Below are positions 1 to 9,563 of a stretch of 64,000 bases of DNA, piece after piece. This DNA is from an uncultured delta proteobacterium (GTDB lineage: Bacteria > Desulfobacterota > Binatia > UBA9968). The stretch is taken from NCBI GenBank assembly GCA_963728565.1, contig CAVSLC010000004.1, forward strand, positions 75,984-139,983. The letters run 5' to 3'. A program made the position numbers and the translations under genes. The notes beneath the pieces were generated by a model. That model made no database searches, was not told the DNA's origin, and saw only the letters and a list, made by a program, of their open reading frames with translations. Each line of letters opens with the position of its first letter. The first letter of the stretch is position 1.

Positions 1-269
1 CCAACAGGAAAATGGCGCTGGAGATTAGCGATGAGGCCAAGGATTTGCTCGCCGAAAAGGGATACGATCCGGTTTATGGGGCGCGGCCGCTGAAGCGGAC
101 GATCCAGCGGTTGATTCAAGATCCCTTGGCGGTGAAGATTTTGGAAGGAGAATTTCAGGAAGGCGACAAAGTCAGGATCGATGCTGACGGAGACGCCCTG
201 CTCTTCGAACACGGCGGCTCAAGCACGACTGAAGAGAGCGTGGCCGAAGCCGAGAGGACACTGCATTGA
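1..269 (+). CDS. clpB: ClpB/Clp ATPase chaperone, C-terminal end (partial, starts before the window)
   Basis: [24 protein letters not shown] is the typical ClpB C-terminal D2-small domain; the frame is open to the window edge. Confidence 0.85.
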   Translation, partial: NRKMALEISDEAKDLLAEKGYDPVYGARPLKRTIQRLIQDPLAVKILEGEFQEGDKVRIDADGDALLFEHGGSSTTEESVAEAERTLH

Positions 270-445
270 AGAGCGCCACAAAAAAAGCTCCGCCAAAGAA
301 GATCCCGCCGGGGCTAGCACGGCTTCGCAAAGAAGTTCCTCCGCCAAGCAGAATCTTCGGCAGCAAAAAGATCGTTCAGCGGCAGCGTCGCAAAGCGGAA
401 CTTCGGCAGGAACTAAAAGCAAGCCTACCGAGCAGATCTTCTTAA
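266..445 (+). CDS. Small basic Lys/Arg/Pro-rich protein (59 aa), not in the ORF track
   Basis: TTG start overlaps the clpB TGA (TTGA), GAGAGGA RBS upstream; [59 protein letters not shown]; followed by a terminator. Confidence 0.6.
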   Translation: MKSATKKAPPKKIPPGLARLRKEVPPPSRIFGSKKIVQRQRRKAELRQELKASLPSRSS

Positions 446-466
446 CGCATCCGTCGCATTTTTCCT

Positions 467-499
467 GAGAGGCAGTCCAACCGGACTGCCTCTCTTTTT
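467..499 (+). terminator. Rho-independent terminator
   Basis: GAGAGGCAGTCC-AACC-GGACTGCCTCTC perfect 12-bp stem followed by TTTTT. Confidence 0.9.
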
Positions 500-647
500 G
501 TTTTCCATCACTGCTGAAAAGCCGCGTGCTTTGTTGCGCCGGTGGGATTGTGTGCGGATACCGCGGGTGTGCGTCTCAGATCCGATTTGCTGCCTTCTTG
601 AGTTTTGGGCGGTTGGCAATCAGACTTTCATCAGGGGTGATTAATGC

Positions 648-2084
648 ATGGCAGATTCAAACAGCTCCAACCAAACCCGGCGAGATCCACGCCCAGTGCT
701 GCTTCTGGTCTGCACCGGATTGTTTATGGTCGCGATCAACGCGCGCGCCATGATCGTCTCGCTGCCAACCTTGACTGAAGTTTTTCAAACCAATCTGTCA
801 CTCATCCAGTGGGCTCTTTTAGTATACGACCTGGCCGTCATCGGCCTCGTGCTCACCCTGAGCCGGCTCGGAGATCTATTCGGCCGCAAATGGATGTACA
901 TCATCGGTTTGCTGCTCTTTACCTTCGGTTCGGCTCTGTGCGGCTTGATACAAAATCCGGCCCAATTGATCGCCTGCCGGATCGTCCAGGGAATCGGCGG
1001 CGCCATGATCATGGCTCATGGACGCGCCATCGCCTCTATCGTTGTGCCGATTTCCCAAAGAGGCAAAGCACTGGGATTAACCTCCATGGCCTATCATGTC
1101 GGCTACATGACAGGTCCCACGTTGGGCGGCTTTATCATTGATACAATTGGCTGGCGTTGGATTTTCTACGTCAACATTCCAACCGGGCTGGCAGCCGCCT
1201 ACTTCGCCCGGAAGATCCTCAGCGATCGAGCGGCCAGCGAAGAACGGGTGAAAGTCGATTATGCCGGAGCGGTGCTCCTGTTGATCACCAATACTTGTTT
1301 TGTCTATGCGATGAACCAGTTTCCGCACCTCGGCTCTACCAATCCCCTGGTAATATCCTTCGCTCTGCTTTCAACCGTAGCGCTCTTCTTCTTTATTCGA
1401 ACCGAGCTGCGCGCGAAAACTCCGATTCTGGACTTGAGCCTTTTCCGCAATCGTCTATTCAGCGCCGCTAATTTAAGCCTACTTTTTATCACCGCAACCC
1501 AGTCCGCCATCGCTGTTTTGATGCCTTTCTATTTACAAAATCTAATGGGTTTCACGCCTACTCAAATGGGCTGGATCATCATCGCCAACTCAGTGGTCAT
1601 CATCATGGTCGCGCCGATCGCCGGCGGTCTTTCGGATCGCTTCGGTTCCCGGCTGCTTTGCAGCATCGGCGCAACCATCATCGTTATCGGCCAATTCTTG
1701 ATCGCTTCTTTGGATCAGCGGTCCACGGTATTCCAGATGATTTTTCCCCAAGCCTTAACCGGCCTGGGTTGGGCAGTTTTCAATTCGCCGAATCAAAGCG
1801 CCATCCTGGGCACCGTGCCCAGGAATAAGGTCGGCGCGGCTTCGGGCATGACGGTGACCACCGCGCGCATCGGCGCCGTGATCGGCATAGCCTTGGCCGG
1901 GCTTTTGTTCACCAACGGACTGTACCGCGGCGGCATGCCTGCCGAACAGATCGAATCGCCGCAAAGCTGGGGAGCATCGCCTGCGATATTTCTCGACGCC
2001 TTTAGTCACGCCATTCACGTCATCAATAGCTTTGCCACTCTGGCAATCGTCTTTTCCGCTATTCGCGGCGACAGCAAAGACTGA
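648..2084 (+). CDS. MFS transporter, DHA2 (EmrB/QacA-like) family
   Basis: 478 aa, multiple TM segments, motif A SRLGDLFGRK, GPTLGGFI...GWRWIFYVN. Confidence 0.9.
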   Translation: MADSNSSNQTRRDPRPVLLLVCTGLFMVAINARAMIVSLPTLTEVFQTNLSLIQWALLVYDLAVIGLVLTLSRLGDLFGRKWMYIIGLLLFTFGSALCGLIQNPAQLIACRIVQGIGGAMIMAHGRAIASIVVPISQRGKALGLTSMAYHVGYMTGPTLGGFIIDTIGWRWIFYVNIPTGLAAAYFARKILSDRAASEERVKVDYAGAVLLLITNTCFVYAMNQFPHLGSTNPLVISFALLSTVALFFFIRTELRAKTPILDLSLFRNRLFSAANLSLLFITATQSAIAVLMPFYLQNLMGFTPTQMGWIIIANSVVIIMVAPIAGGLSDRFGSRLLCSIGATIIVIGQFLIASLDQRSTVFQMIFPQALTGLGWAVFNSPNQSAILGTVPRNKVGAASGMTVTTARIGAVIGIALAGLLFTNGLYRGGMPAEQIESPQSWGASPAIFLDAFSHAIHVINSFATLAIVFSAIRGDSKD

Positions 2085-2146
2085 TACATTCGTGATTCTG
2101 TCAAAGCGCGACTGGGGGGCTGAGGCAACTGGTATGTGTAGTGATG

Positions 2147-2311
2147 AAGGAGGGAGCCTGGAGGAGCGAAGGCACAGAAACTAAAGTTTCGATGCGGTTT
2201 CCGGTACATGGCCCACAGCTAATCTCTCGATAGACCGGCCTCCAAGCACGCAGCTTGTAACCACTTGTAAGGCACGGACCCATTGCCTTTGCTCCGGAGG
2301 GTTCGCTCCTT
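2147..2311 (+). ncRNA. Candidate structured RNA or palindromic element, copy A
   Basis: AAGGAG/CTCCTT, GAGCC/GGTTC and GGAGCGAAGGCA/TGCCTTTGCTCC arms (G-U pairs on + strand) enclose internal hairpins; same architecture as 52763-52911. Confidence 0.45.
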
Positions 2312-2350
2312 AATCGCGGTGTCGCTTGGACTGCGCAATCCGGGCTGAAG

Positions 2351-3781
2351 ATGCAACCCGACGATGCAAAAAAAAGCCGATGGACCCTGCGGCTGATTCT
2401 TCTGAATGTCTGCATCGGCCAAACCGTTGTCGGTCTCGATCAGCGCGCGATCACAGTTGCGCTGCCAACTTTGACTGACACTTTTCACACCGCATTCACC
2501 ACGGTTCAATGGGTAGTGCTGGTCTATGATTTGATTCTCATCGGGCTGATCATCACCATGGGCCGGTTGGGAGATTTATTCGGCCGGCGCCGCTTCTATA
2601 GCGTCGGTTTTCTGATATTTGTCGCCGCTTCCGCGCTCTGCGGCGTCTCCCAAACTGTGGGCCAGATGATCTTCTTCAGGGCGATTCAAGCCATCGGCGG
2701 ATCGATGATCGCTGCCAATGGCAGAGCCATCGTTTCAGTGGCGCTACCGCGCCAAGAACGGGGCCGCGCCTTGGGCCTTACATCGACGGCCTTTCATATC
2801 GGTTTTCTCACCGGGCCGGCGCTTGGCGGGTTCCTCATCGATACCATCGGCTGGCGTTGGATCTTTTATATCAATCTGCCGATTGCGCTATGGGGCGCCT
2901 ATCTCGCCTGGAAAATCATCCCGGAAACCAAAGCCGAAGGGAAAGTGTCGGTGGATATCCCCGGCGCAATACTGCTCCTCCTAACCAACGGGTTGTTCAT
3001 TTACGCCATCGATCTGCTGCCGCGGCTCGGCTGGCGCCATCCGACGTTCGGCCTGACACTGCTGCTCTCCGCGGTTGCAATGGCGTTTCTCTTGTTTGCC
3101 GAAACCAAGGCCCGCACGCCTATTCTGATTTTATCGATGTTCCGCAGTCGTCTGTTTAGCGCAGGCATTTTGAGTCTGTTCCTGATTACCTTAAGTCTGT
3201 CGGCAATCAACTTTCTTTTGCCCTTCTATTTGCAAAACCTGTTAGGCTATTCACCCTCTCAGATGGGCTGGATCATCATCGCCGATTCTCTGATCATCAT
3301 GTTCATGGCGCCGATTGCCGGCACCTGGTCGGACCGGCTAGGGTCCCGCCTGCTCTGCACCATTGGCTGCGTCGTCGTCGTCATCGCGCAATTTTTCGTC
3401 GGCTCACTCGGCCTGGAGTCATCGTTACCGCGAATCATGCTTCCCCTGGCGCTCTGGGGAGTCGGCTGGGCGTTATTCAATGCCCCCAATCAGAGCGCCA
3501 CCTTAGGAGCGGTGAGCCACGACAAACTCGGCGCCGCCGCCGGCATGATCGCGACCACGGCGCGCACCGGCAGCGCCATGGGTGTGGCGCTGGCCGCCAC
3601 TCTTTTCAGCACCCTGTTATCGGCGGCAGGTTTAAGCCCGGAACAAACCCAGTCGCCGCAAAGCTGGAGCTCGATGCCGGAGTCCGTGATTGGCCCGTTC
3701 AACTACACGATTCATGTTATCAACGCCCTGACTTTACTGGCGGTGTTCTTCTCCGCGGTGAGAGGCAGCCGGCGCGACTGA
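2351..3781 (+). CDS. MFS transporter, DHA2 family (tandem paralog of 648-2084)
   Basis: 476 aa, GRLGDLFGRR, GWRWIFYIN; colinear similarity to the upstream MFS gene. Confidence 0.9.
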   Translation: MQPDDAKKSRWTLRLILLNVCIGQTVVGLDQRAITVALPTLTDTFHTAFTTVQWVVLVYDLILIGLIITMGRLGDLFGRRRFYSVGFLIFVAASALCGVSQTVGQMIFFRAIQAIGGSMIAANGRAIVSVALPRQERGRALGLTSTAFHIGFLTGPALGGFLIDTIGWRWIFYINLPIALWGAYLAWKIIPETKAEGKVSVDIPGAILLLLTNGLFIYAIDLLPRLGWRHPTFGLTLLLSAVAMAFLLFAETKARTPILILSMFRSRLFSAGILSLFLITLSLSAINFLLPFYLQNLLGYSPSQMGWIIIADSLIIMFMAPIAGTWSDRLGSRLLCTIGCVVVVIAQFFVGSLGLESSLPRIMLPLALWGVGWALFNAPNQSATLGAVSHDKLGAAAGMIATTARTGSAMGVALAATLFSTLLSAAGLSPEQTQSPQSWSSMPESVIGPFNYTIHVINALTLLAVFFSAVRGSRRD

Positions 3782-3823
3782 TTTTCGATTTCCGTTGCAC
3801 GACGCTCGGCATATACTCGACTC

Positions 3824-4939
3824 ATGAGTTGGTTTCTCCACATCGACATGGATGCATTCTATGCGTCCGTGGAGCAGGCGCTGGATCCGAGTCTGAAAAA
3901 CAAGCCGGTCATCGTCGGCGGCCGCGATGGCAGAGGCGTGGTGACGTCGGCGTCTTACGCGGCGCGAAAATTCGGCGTTCATTCGGCGATGCCGGGGTTT
4001 CAAGCCAACAAACTGTGCCCGCACGGGATATTTCTTCCCAATCGCCACCGGCTCTATGCCGAATATTCCCACAAGGTTTTTGCCATCCTGCGGCAATACT
4101 CGCCGGAGGTGCAGGCGATCTCGATCGACGAAGGCGTCGTCGATCTTACCGGCACGGAGAAACTCCTCGGTCCGCCGTTGCAGACCGCCGATCGAATCAT
4201 CCGGCGCATTGAGCAGGAGCTCGGCTTGCCGTCTTCAGGGGGAGTCTCCAGCCATCGGGTCGTCAGCAAAATCGCCGCGACTTTAGCCAAACCTCAGGGC
4301 CTCATTTTTGTTGACGGCGGAGAGGAGAAAAACTTTCTCGCGCCGCTACCGGTTGACATGGTTCCGGGCGTAGGTCCGAAGACACACAAGGAATTATCAG
4401 CGCGAGGCATCCGAACCATCGGCGACTTGCTCGATTCCGAGCTGGGATCACGCCACCTCGATCTCGCCGAAGCAGACCATCGGCAGCGCCGGCACGAGCA
4501 TTCAATCGGCAATGAGACGACGTTCGGGCCGGTGAAAGATGTCGAGCAGCTGGAACGGATTCTTTGGCAGCTCGTCGAGGAGGTTGGCGGCAGGTTGCGC
4601 AGGGAAAATTATTACGCCCAATGCCTGATGGTCAAGATTCGCTACAGCGATTTTCACACCATCACCCGCTCTCGCACCTTGAGTTCCCCGACCTGCTTCG
4701 ACCGGGAAATCTTCGAAGTCGTCAGGCAACTGCTGCAACAGCACCTTGCGCCGGATCGAGCCGTCCGGCTCCTGGGCGTCAGCGCCAGCGCGTTGCAATC
4801 TTCCGGCTGGCAGGAGTCTCTCCTGGATCGGGACAAGCGCAGCTCCTGGGACAAGCTCTACCAGGGCATCGATCATCTGCGCGATAAATACGGTGACGAT
4901 GCCATCGGCGCCGCCGGGCCGCGTAAGCGCCGCGGTTGA
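3824..4939 (+). CDS. dinB: DNA polymerase IV (Y family)
   Basis: HIDMDAFYASVE, SYAARKFGVHSAMP, SIDEG motifs; C-terminal little-finger region VRLLGV. Confidence 0.95.
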   Translation: MSWFLHIDMDAFYASVEQALDPSLKNKPVIVGGRDGRGVVTSASYAARKFGVHSAMPGFQANKLCPHGIFLPNRHRLYAEYSHKVFAILRQYSPEVQAISIDEGVVDLTGTEKLLGPPLQTADRIIRRIEQELGLPSSGGVSSHRVVSKIAATLAKPQGLIFVDGGEEKNFLAPLPVDMVPGVGPKTHKELSARGIRTIGDLLDSELGSRHLDLAEADHRQRRHEHSIGNETTFGPVKDVEQLERILWQLVEEVGGRLRRENYYAQCLMVKIRYSDFHTITRSRTLSSPTCFDREIFEVVRQLLQQHLAPDRAVRLLGVSASALQSSGWQESLLDRDKRSSWDKLYQGIDHLRDKYGDDAIGAAGPRKRRG

Positions 4940-4981
4940 TTTCAACGACGAAGCTCCGTAGTCTCTTGTAGTCCTCAGTCC

Positions 4982-6025
4982 ATGCCCAATCGATCAATTC
5001 AAAATCATCCTTTCCTTGCCGCATGCCGCCGCGAAGCAGTTCCTCATACGCCCGTCTGGCTTATGCGTCAGGCCGGCCGCTATATGGAAGACTATCGCGC
5101 GCTGCGGGCGCAGTACGGTTTTCTCGAGCTTTGCAAAAGGCCCGATCTCGCAGCCGAGATTACCGTGGCACCCGTCGAGCGACTCAAGGTCGACGCGGCG
5201 ATTCTTTTTGCCGACATTTTGCTGATCCTCGAGCCCATGGGCGTGGGCCTGGAGTATTCGAAAGGCGATGGGCCGGTAATCCACCGGCCGGTGCGCAGCG
5301 GCAAAGATGTCGATGGCCTTGAAGACTTCGATCCCGAGAAGGAGCTTTCGTTCGTCTACGAAGCCGTGAAGCAAACCCGCGCGGCGCTGAACGATCGGGT
5401 GCCGCTGATCGGCTTTGCCGGCGCGCCTTTTACGCTCGCGTCATACTTAATCGAAGGAGGCGGTTCGCGTAACTACATACATGCAAAAAAATTGTACTAC
5501 ACGGCTCCGGATGTCTGGCAACGCCTGATGCAGCGCCTTTCGGAGCTGATCACCAAATATCTCAATTGTCAGATTGCCGCCGGGGCTCAGGCGGTGCAAC
5601 TTTTCGACAGTTGGGCAGGTTGTCTGACGCCCGGCGATTACCAGCGTTTCGTTCTGCCGTATACCCGCACGGTCATTGCCGGGATTACCAAGGGTGTGCC
5701 TGTGATCAGTTTCAGCACCGGCACGGCTGGACTGCTGAAGCACATTCGCGCCGCGGGCGGCGACGTGATCGGTCTCGATTGGCGCATCAACCTGGACGAA
5801 GGCTGGGCGACGGTCGGACATGACGTCGCGGTGCAGGGTAATCTCGATCCCGTCGCCCTGTTTGCACCGCCTAAAGAAATCAGGCGCCATGTCGCCGACG
5901 TACTCGACCGCGCCGGCAATCGGCCAGGCCATATCTTCAACTTGGGGCATGGCGTGCTGCCTGAAACACCGGTCGATCACGTCGTCGCCATGGTCGAAGC
6001 GGTTCACGAGTTGAGCGCGCGGTAA
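4982..6025 (+). CDS. hemE: Uroporphyrinogen decarboxylase
   Basis: PVWLMRQAGRY, DAAILFADIL, QGNLDP, HIFNLGHG. Confidence 0.97.
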   Translation: MPNRSIQNHPFLAACRREAVPHTPVWLMRQAGRYMEDYRALRAQYGFLELCKRPDLAAEITVAPVERLKVDAAILFADILLILEPMGVGLEYSKGDGPVIHRPVRSGKDVDGLEDFDPEKELSFVYEAVKQTRAALNDRVPLIGFAGAPFTLASYLIEGGGSRNYIHAKKLYYTAPDVWQRLMQRLSELITKYLNCQIAAGAQAVQLFDSWAGCLTPGDYQRFVLPYTRTVIAGITKGVPVISFSTGTAGLLKHIRAAGGDVIGLDWRINLDEGWATVGHDVAVQGNLDPVALFAPPKEIRRHVADVLDRAGNRPGHIFNLGHGVLPETPVDHVVAMVEAVHELSAR

Positions 6026-6033
6026 CTCCAGCC

Positions 6034-6969
6034 ATGGTGCTTCCCTATCAAGCTGTTCTCCTGATCGCCTTTGGCGGTCCAACTTCTCCTGGGGAGATTC
6101 GGCCGTTTCTGGCGCGCGTGACCCAAGGCATTGCGATCCCGCCGCAGCGTCTTGAAGAAGTCGCGCAGCATTACGAAGCGGTCGGCGGCAAATCGCCTTT
6201 GAATGAAATCACCGCGCGGCAAGCGCGCGCTGTCGAAGAGTTACTGCGCGAGCAAGGAATGGATTTGCCCGTGTACGTCGGCATGCGTAACGCCACTCCA
6301 TTTCTGGTCGACACCCTCAGACAAATGGCCAGCGACGGCGTTCAGCGGGCACTGGGATTCATTCTTTCCTCTCACCACACCGAGGCGAGCTGGGACCGGT
6401 ATCAAAAGAATGTCGCCGATGCCAGGTTGGAGATCGGCCGTGACGCGCCTGAGATCGACTACTGCGCCGGATGGCACGATCATCCGTTGTTTATCCAAAC
6501 CTGGTGCGAGCTAATCAGAGAAGGCTTTGCCGGGATTGCGCTCGAGCAACATCCGGCAGCTCCTCTCGTTTTCACCGCCCACAGCGTGCCGGTCTCGATG
6601 GCTAACCAATCATCGTACGTTGAACAGCTTGAGATCACTGCGCGCTGCGTCGCCGAAAAGATCGGCCATAACAACTGGTCCATCGCCTATCAGAGCCGCA
6701 GTGGCAAACCCGGCGATGCCTGGCTCGAACCCGACATCAATCTGGCCATACGCGATCTCTCGGTTCAGGGCGCTACCGATGTCGTCATCGCTCCCATCGG
6801 CTTTGTTTGCGACCACGTCGAAGTTCTTTACGACCTCGATGTCGAAGCTAAGAAAACAGCGGCAGAGGCCGGCATCAGGCTACACCGCGCCAGTTGTCCA
6901 AATGATTACACAACCTTTATCCAAATGATCGCGGACGTGATTGTCGGATCAGTCCAGGCCTGCCACTAA
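6034..6969 (+). CDS. hemH: Ferrochelatase (possibly coproporphyrin ferrochelatase)
   Basis: FGGP, HYEAVGGKSPL, FTAHSVP, YQSRSG, WLEPD, GFVCDHVEVLYDLD. Confidence 0.95.
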   Translation: MVLPYQAVLLIAFGGPTSPGEIRPFLARVTQGIAIPPQRLEEVAQHYEAVGGKSPLNEITARQARAVEELLREQGMDLPVYVGMRNATPFLVDTLRQMASDGVQRALGFILSSHHTEASWDRYQKNVADARLEIGRDAPEIDYCAGWHDHPLFIQTWCELIREGFAGIALEQHPAAPLVFTAHSVPVSMANQSSYVEQLEITARCVAEKIGHNNWSIAYQSRSGKPGDAWLEPDINLAIRDLSVQGATDVVIAPIGFVCDHVEVLYDLDVEAKKTAAEAGIRLHRASCPNDYTTFIQMIADVIVGSVQACH

Positions 6970-7041
6970 TTTGCAAAATTCAAAAAGATTGGGTCCTTCG
7001 TCCCGCCAGCGTGGAGAGAGGAAGGATAAGAGGCGCCGCTC

Positions 7042-8502
7042 ATGAGCCGTCGCATCGTCATCGTCGGCGGCGGCATCGCCGGATTGGCGGCGGCGCACCG
7101 CTTGCTGGAATTAAGAAACGCCCAAGCATTAGACCTCGAGATCCTTCTGCTGGAGGCGTCCCATCGCCTCGGCGGCTGCATTGCGACAGAGCGAGTCGGC
7201 GATTTTCTCATCGAGGCCGGACCGGATTCGTTCATCTCTGAAAAACCCTGGGCGCTGCGCCTCTGTGAACGGCTCGGATTGGCGCCGCGTTTGCTGTCGA
7301 CCCAGGCTGCGCATCAAAAGATTTATATCGTTCACAAAGGCAAGCTCGTGCCTCTGCCGGAAGGTTTTTTCTTGCTGGCGCCGACCCAACTGGCTCCCTT
7401 CCTTCGGACACCGCTGTTTTCTTGGCGCGGGAAACTGCGCATGGCGAGGGAGCTGCTGATCCCACGCGGCAACACCGACGTCGATGAAAGTCTCGGCGCG
7501 TTTGTCCGGCGTCGTTTTGGCAGCGAAGCCTTGGAGCGGGTCGCCCAGCCGCTGCTGGGCGGAATTTACGCCGCCGATCCCGACAAGCTCAGTCTCGTCG
7601 CCACCATGCCGCGCTTCAAAGAGATGGAAAAATCTCGACGCAGCATCATCTTGGCAATGTGGTCGGAACAGCGACGTCGTGCGCGCAAGCGCGAAAGCGG
7701 CAGCGGCGCGCGTTGGAGCCTATTCGTTACTCTTGCCGGCGGCATGCAGGAAGTCGTCGATGCGATCGCCCAACGTTTGCCGCAAGGAAGCGCGCGCCTA
7801 GATACCGCCGTAACAAATATATTTCCCGGCGACGGCCAACAGAAATGCCGGATCGCAACCGGGACCGGCGAGATTGTCGAAGCCGACGGCATCATTCTGG
7901 CCACTCCCGCCCTTCACACCGCACAGATACTGGCTTCGGCCGCTCCTGAAGCAGCCAAGGAGTTGTCGAGCATCACTTACGCCTCCAGCGCGACCATAAG
8001 TCTGGTTTATCTTAATCGGGATTTTCCACGAATGCCGGACAGCTTCGGCTTCGTCGTGCCGGCGATTGAATCACGCAAGATCATGGCGTGCACCTTCAGC
8101 AGTTTGAAATATCCCGGCAGAGCCCCGGAAGGCCATGTGTTATTACGCGCCTTCGTCGGCGGCAGCCTGCAGACGGATCTTTTGGATGACAACGACACGA
8201 CCCTGGAACGAAACGTCCGAGCCGAGATCGGCAGCCTGCTCGGCGTTGACGCCGAACCGCTGTTGGTCCGTCTCCAGCGCCATCGTAACTCTATGCCGCA
8301 ATATCACCTCGGCCATCAAGCGAGGATTCAACGGATCGAAGCAGCCCTCGACAGCCATGCGGATCTCGCGCTGGCCGGCAGCGCCTACCACGGCGTCGGT
8401 ATCTCCGATTGCGTGCGCAGCGGCGAACAGGCCGCGGAAAAGTTATTCCGACAGATAGTTAGGCCCGGCCGAGCCCAACTCGTTACCCCTGCCACGCGCT
8501 AA
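7042..8502 (+). CDS. hemY: HemY-type FAD-dependent protoporphyrinogen/coproporphyrinogen oxidase
   Basis: GGGIAGL FAD motif, EAGPDSF, MPQYHLGH, GVGISDC; follows hemE-hemH. Confidence 0.93.
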   Translation: MSRRIVIVGGGIAGLAAAHRLLELRNAQALDLEILLLEASHRLGGCIATERVGDFLIEAGPDSFISEKPWALRLCERLGLAPRLLSTQAAHQKIYIVHKGKLVPLPEGFFLLAPTQLAPFLRTPLFSWRGKLRMARELLIPRGNTDVDESLGAFVRRRFGSEALERVAQPLLGGIYAADPDKLSLVATMPRFKEMEKSRRSIILAMWSEQRRRARKRESGSGARWSLFVTLAGGMQEVVDAIAQRLPQGSARLDTAVTNIFPGDGQQKCRIATGTGEIVEADGIILATPALHTAQILASAAPEAAKELSSITYASSATISLVYLNRDFPRMPDSFGFVVPAIESRKIMACTFSSLKYPGRAPEGHVLLRAFVGGSLQTDLLDDNDTTLERNVRAEIGSLLGVDAEPLLVRLQRHRNSMPQYHLGHQARIQRIEAALDSHADLALAGSAYHGVGISDCVRSGEQAAEKLFRQIVRPGRAQLVTPATR

Positions 8503-8637
8503 TCGGAATGGACCAAACGAGCTAACCCCGGGGTGCATCCGGTGAGATTGACTACGACACGTTTCCTCAGCGCCAGACTTTCCTGCATGACGCGTAAGAA
8601 GCGTCGCTGTTTCTATCGGCTGGAGAAAACTTTCTCC

Positions 8638-8666
8638 TTGACGGTCGCCGGTGGCGCGCCTATGAA
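8638..8666 (+). promoter_or_regulatory. sigma70-like promoter
   Basis: TTGACG-N17-TATGAA upstream of the amidohydrolase gene. Confidence 0.5.
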
Positions 8667-8714
8667 TTACCTAACGAAGTATTTCCCTTTGGAACGTAGA
8701 GCAGCAGATCGCCC

Positions 8715-9563
8715 ATGATAATCATCGATGCTCAGGTTCATATCTGGGCGCCCGAAACGCCGGCAAAACCCTATGCCAAAGGCGAGGCATCTGAGCCCCA
8801 TCGTCCTATACCGCTCGGGCACGAAGAGCTCTTACGGGAGATGGACGGCGCTGGAGTGTATCGGTGCGTGCTCGTGCCGCCCACGTGGGAAGCGGATCGC
8901 AACGACACCTCGTTGGAGGCGGCGCGTTTACATCCCGACCGTTTTGCCGTCATGGGACGGCTTAAAATCAACGCGCCCGAAAGCCGCGCGTTAGTGGCGA
9001 CATGGAAAGACCAGCCGCACATGCTCGGCATTAGAATGGTTTTCAATCGCGGACGCTCGCGAGAATGGCTGAACGACGGCACCGCAGATTGGTTTTGGCA
9101 TGCCGCGGAACGCTACGAGATTCCGGTGATGGCCTTTGCGCCCGGCGCTGTAGCGAAACTCGCTGCCATCGCCGAAAGGCATCCAGGGTTGCGCATGATC
9201 ATCGATCATATGGGATTGAGCACGGCGTTGCGCGGTAAGCCGTTGGATTCAGCCGTGGACGAAGTAATCAAGATGGCGCGGTTGCCCAATGTCGCGGTAA
9301 AAGTTTCTGCGCTGCCCTGTTATGTCGACGAAGCTTATCCGTTTCCGACTCTCCACCCGCTGATTCGGCGCCTTGTCGATGCCTTCGGCCCTCACCGCTG
9401 TTTTTGGGGCACAGACCTATCTCATTTACCCTGCTCTTATCGACAAGCAGTAACCCTGTTCACGGAAGAGCTCGGTTTCCTTTCGTCTGTAGACAAGGAA
9501 TGGATCATGGGCCGCGGCATCGCCGACTGGCTCCACTGGCCGCTGGAGAGCGCTACAACGTGA
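8715..9563 (+). CDS. Amidohydrolase family protein (Amidohydro_2, lactonase-like)
   Basis: IDAQVHIW, IIDHMG, VKVSA, FWGTD. Confidence 0.88.
   Translation: MIIIDAQVHIWAPETPAKPYAKGEASEPHRPIPLGHEELLREMDGAGVYRCVLVPPTWEADRNDTSLEAARLHPDRFAVMGRLKINAPESRALVATWKDQPHMLGIRMVFNRGRSREWLNDGTADWFWHAAERYEIPVMAFAPGAVAKLAAIAERHPGLRMIIDHMGLSTALRGKPLDSAVDEVIKMARLPNVAVKVSALPCYVDEAYPFPTLHPLIRRLVDAFGPHRCFWGTDLSHLPCSYRQAVTLFTEELGFLSSVDKEWIMGRGIADWLHWPLESATT

Noticed and set aside
8528-8560. GGGGTGC...GTGAGA resembling the start of a TPP riboswitch
   Set aside because: No CTGAGA and no downstream ACCTGA/AGGGA elements.
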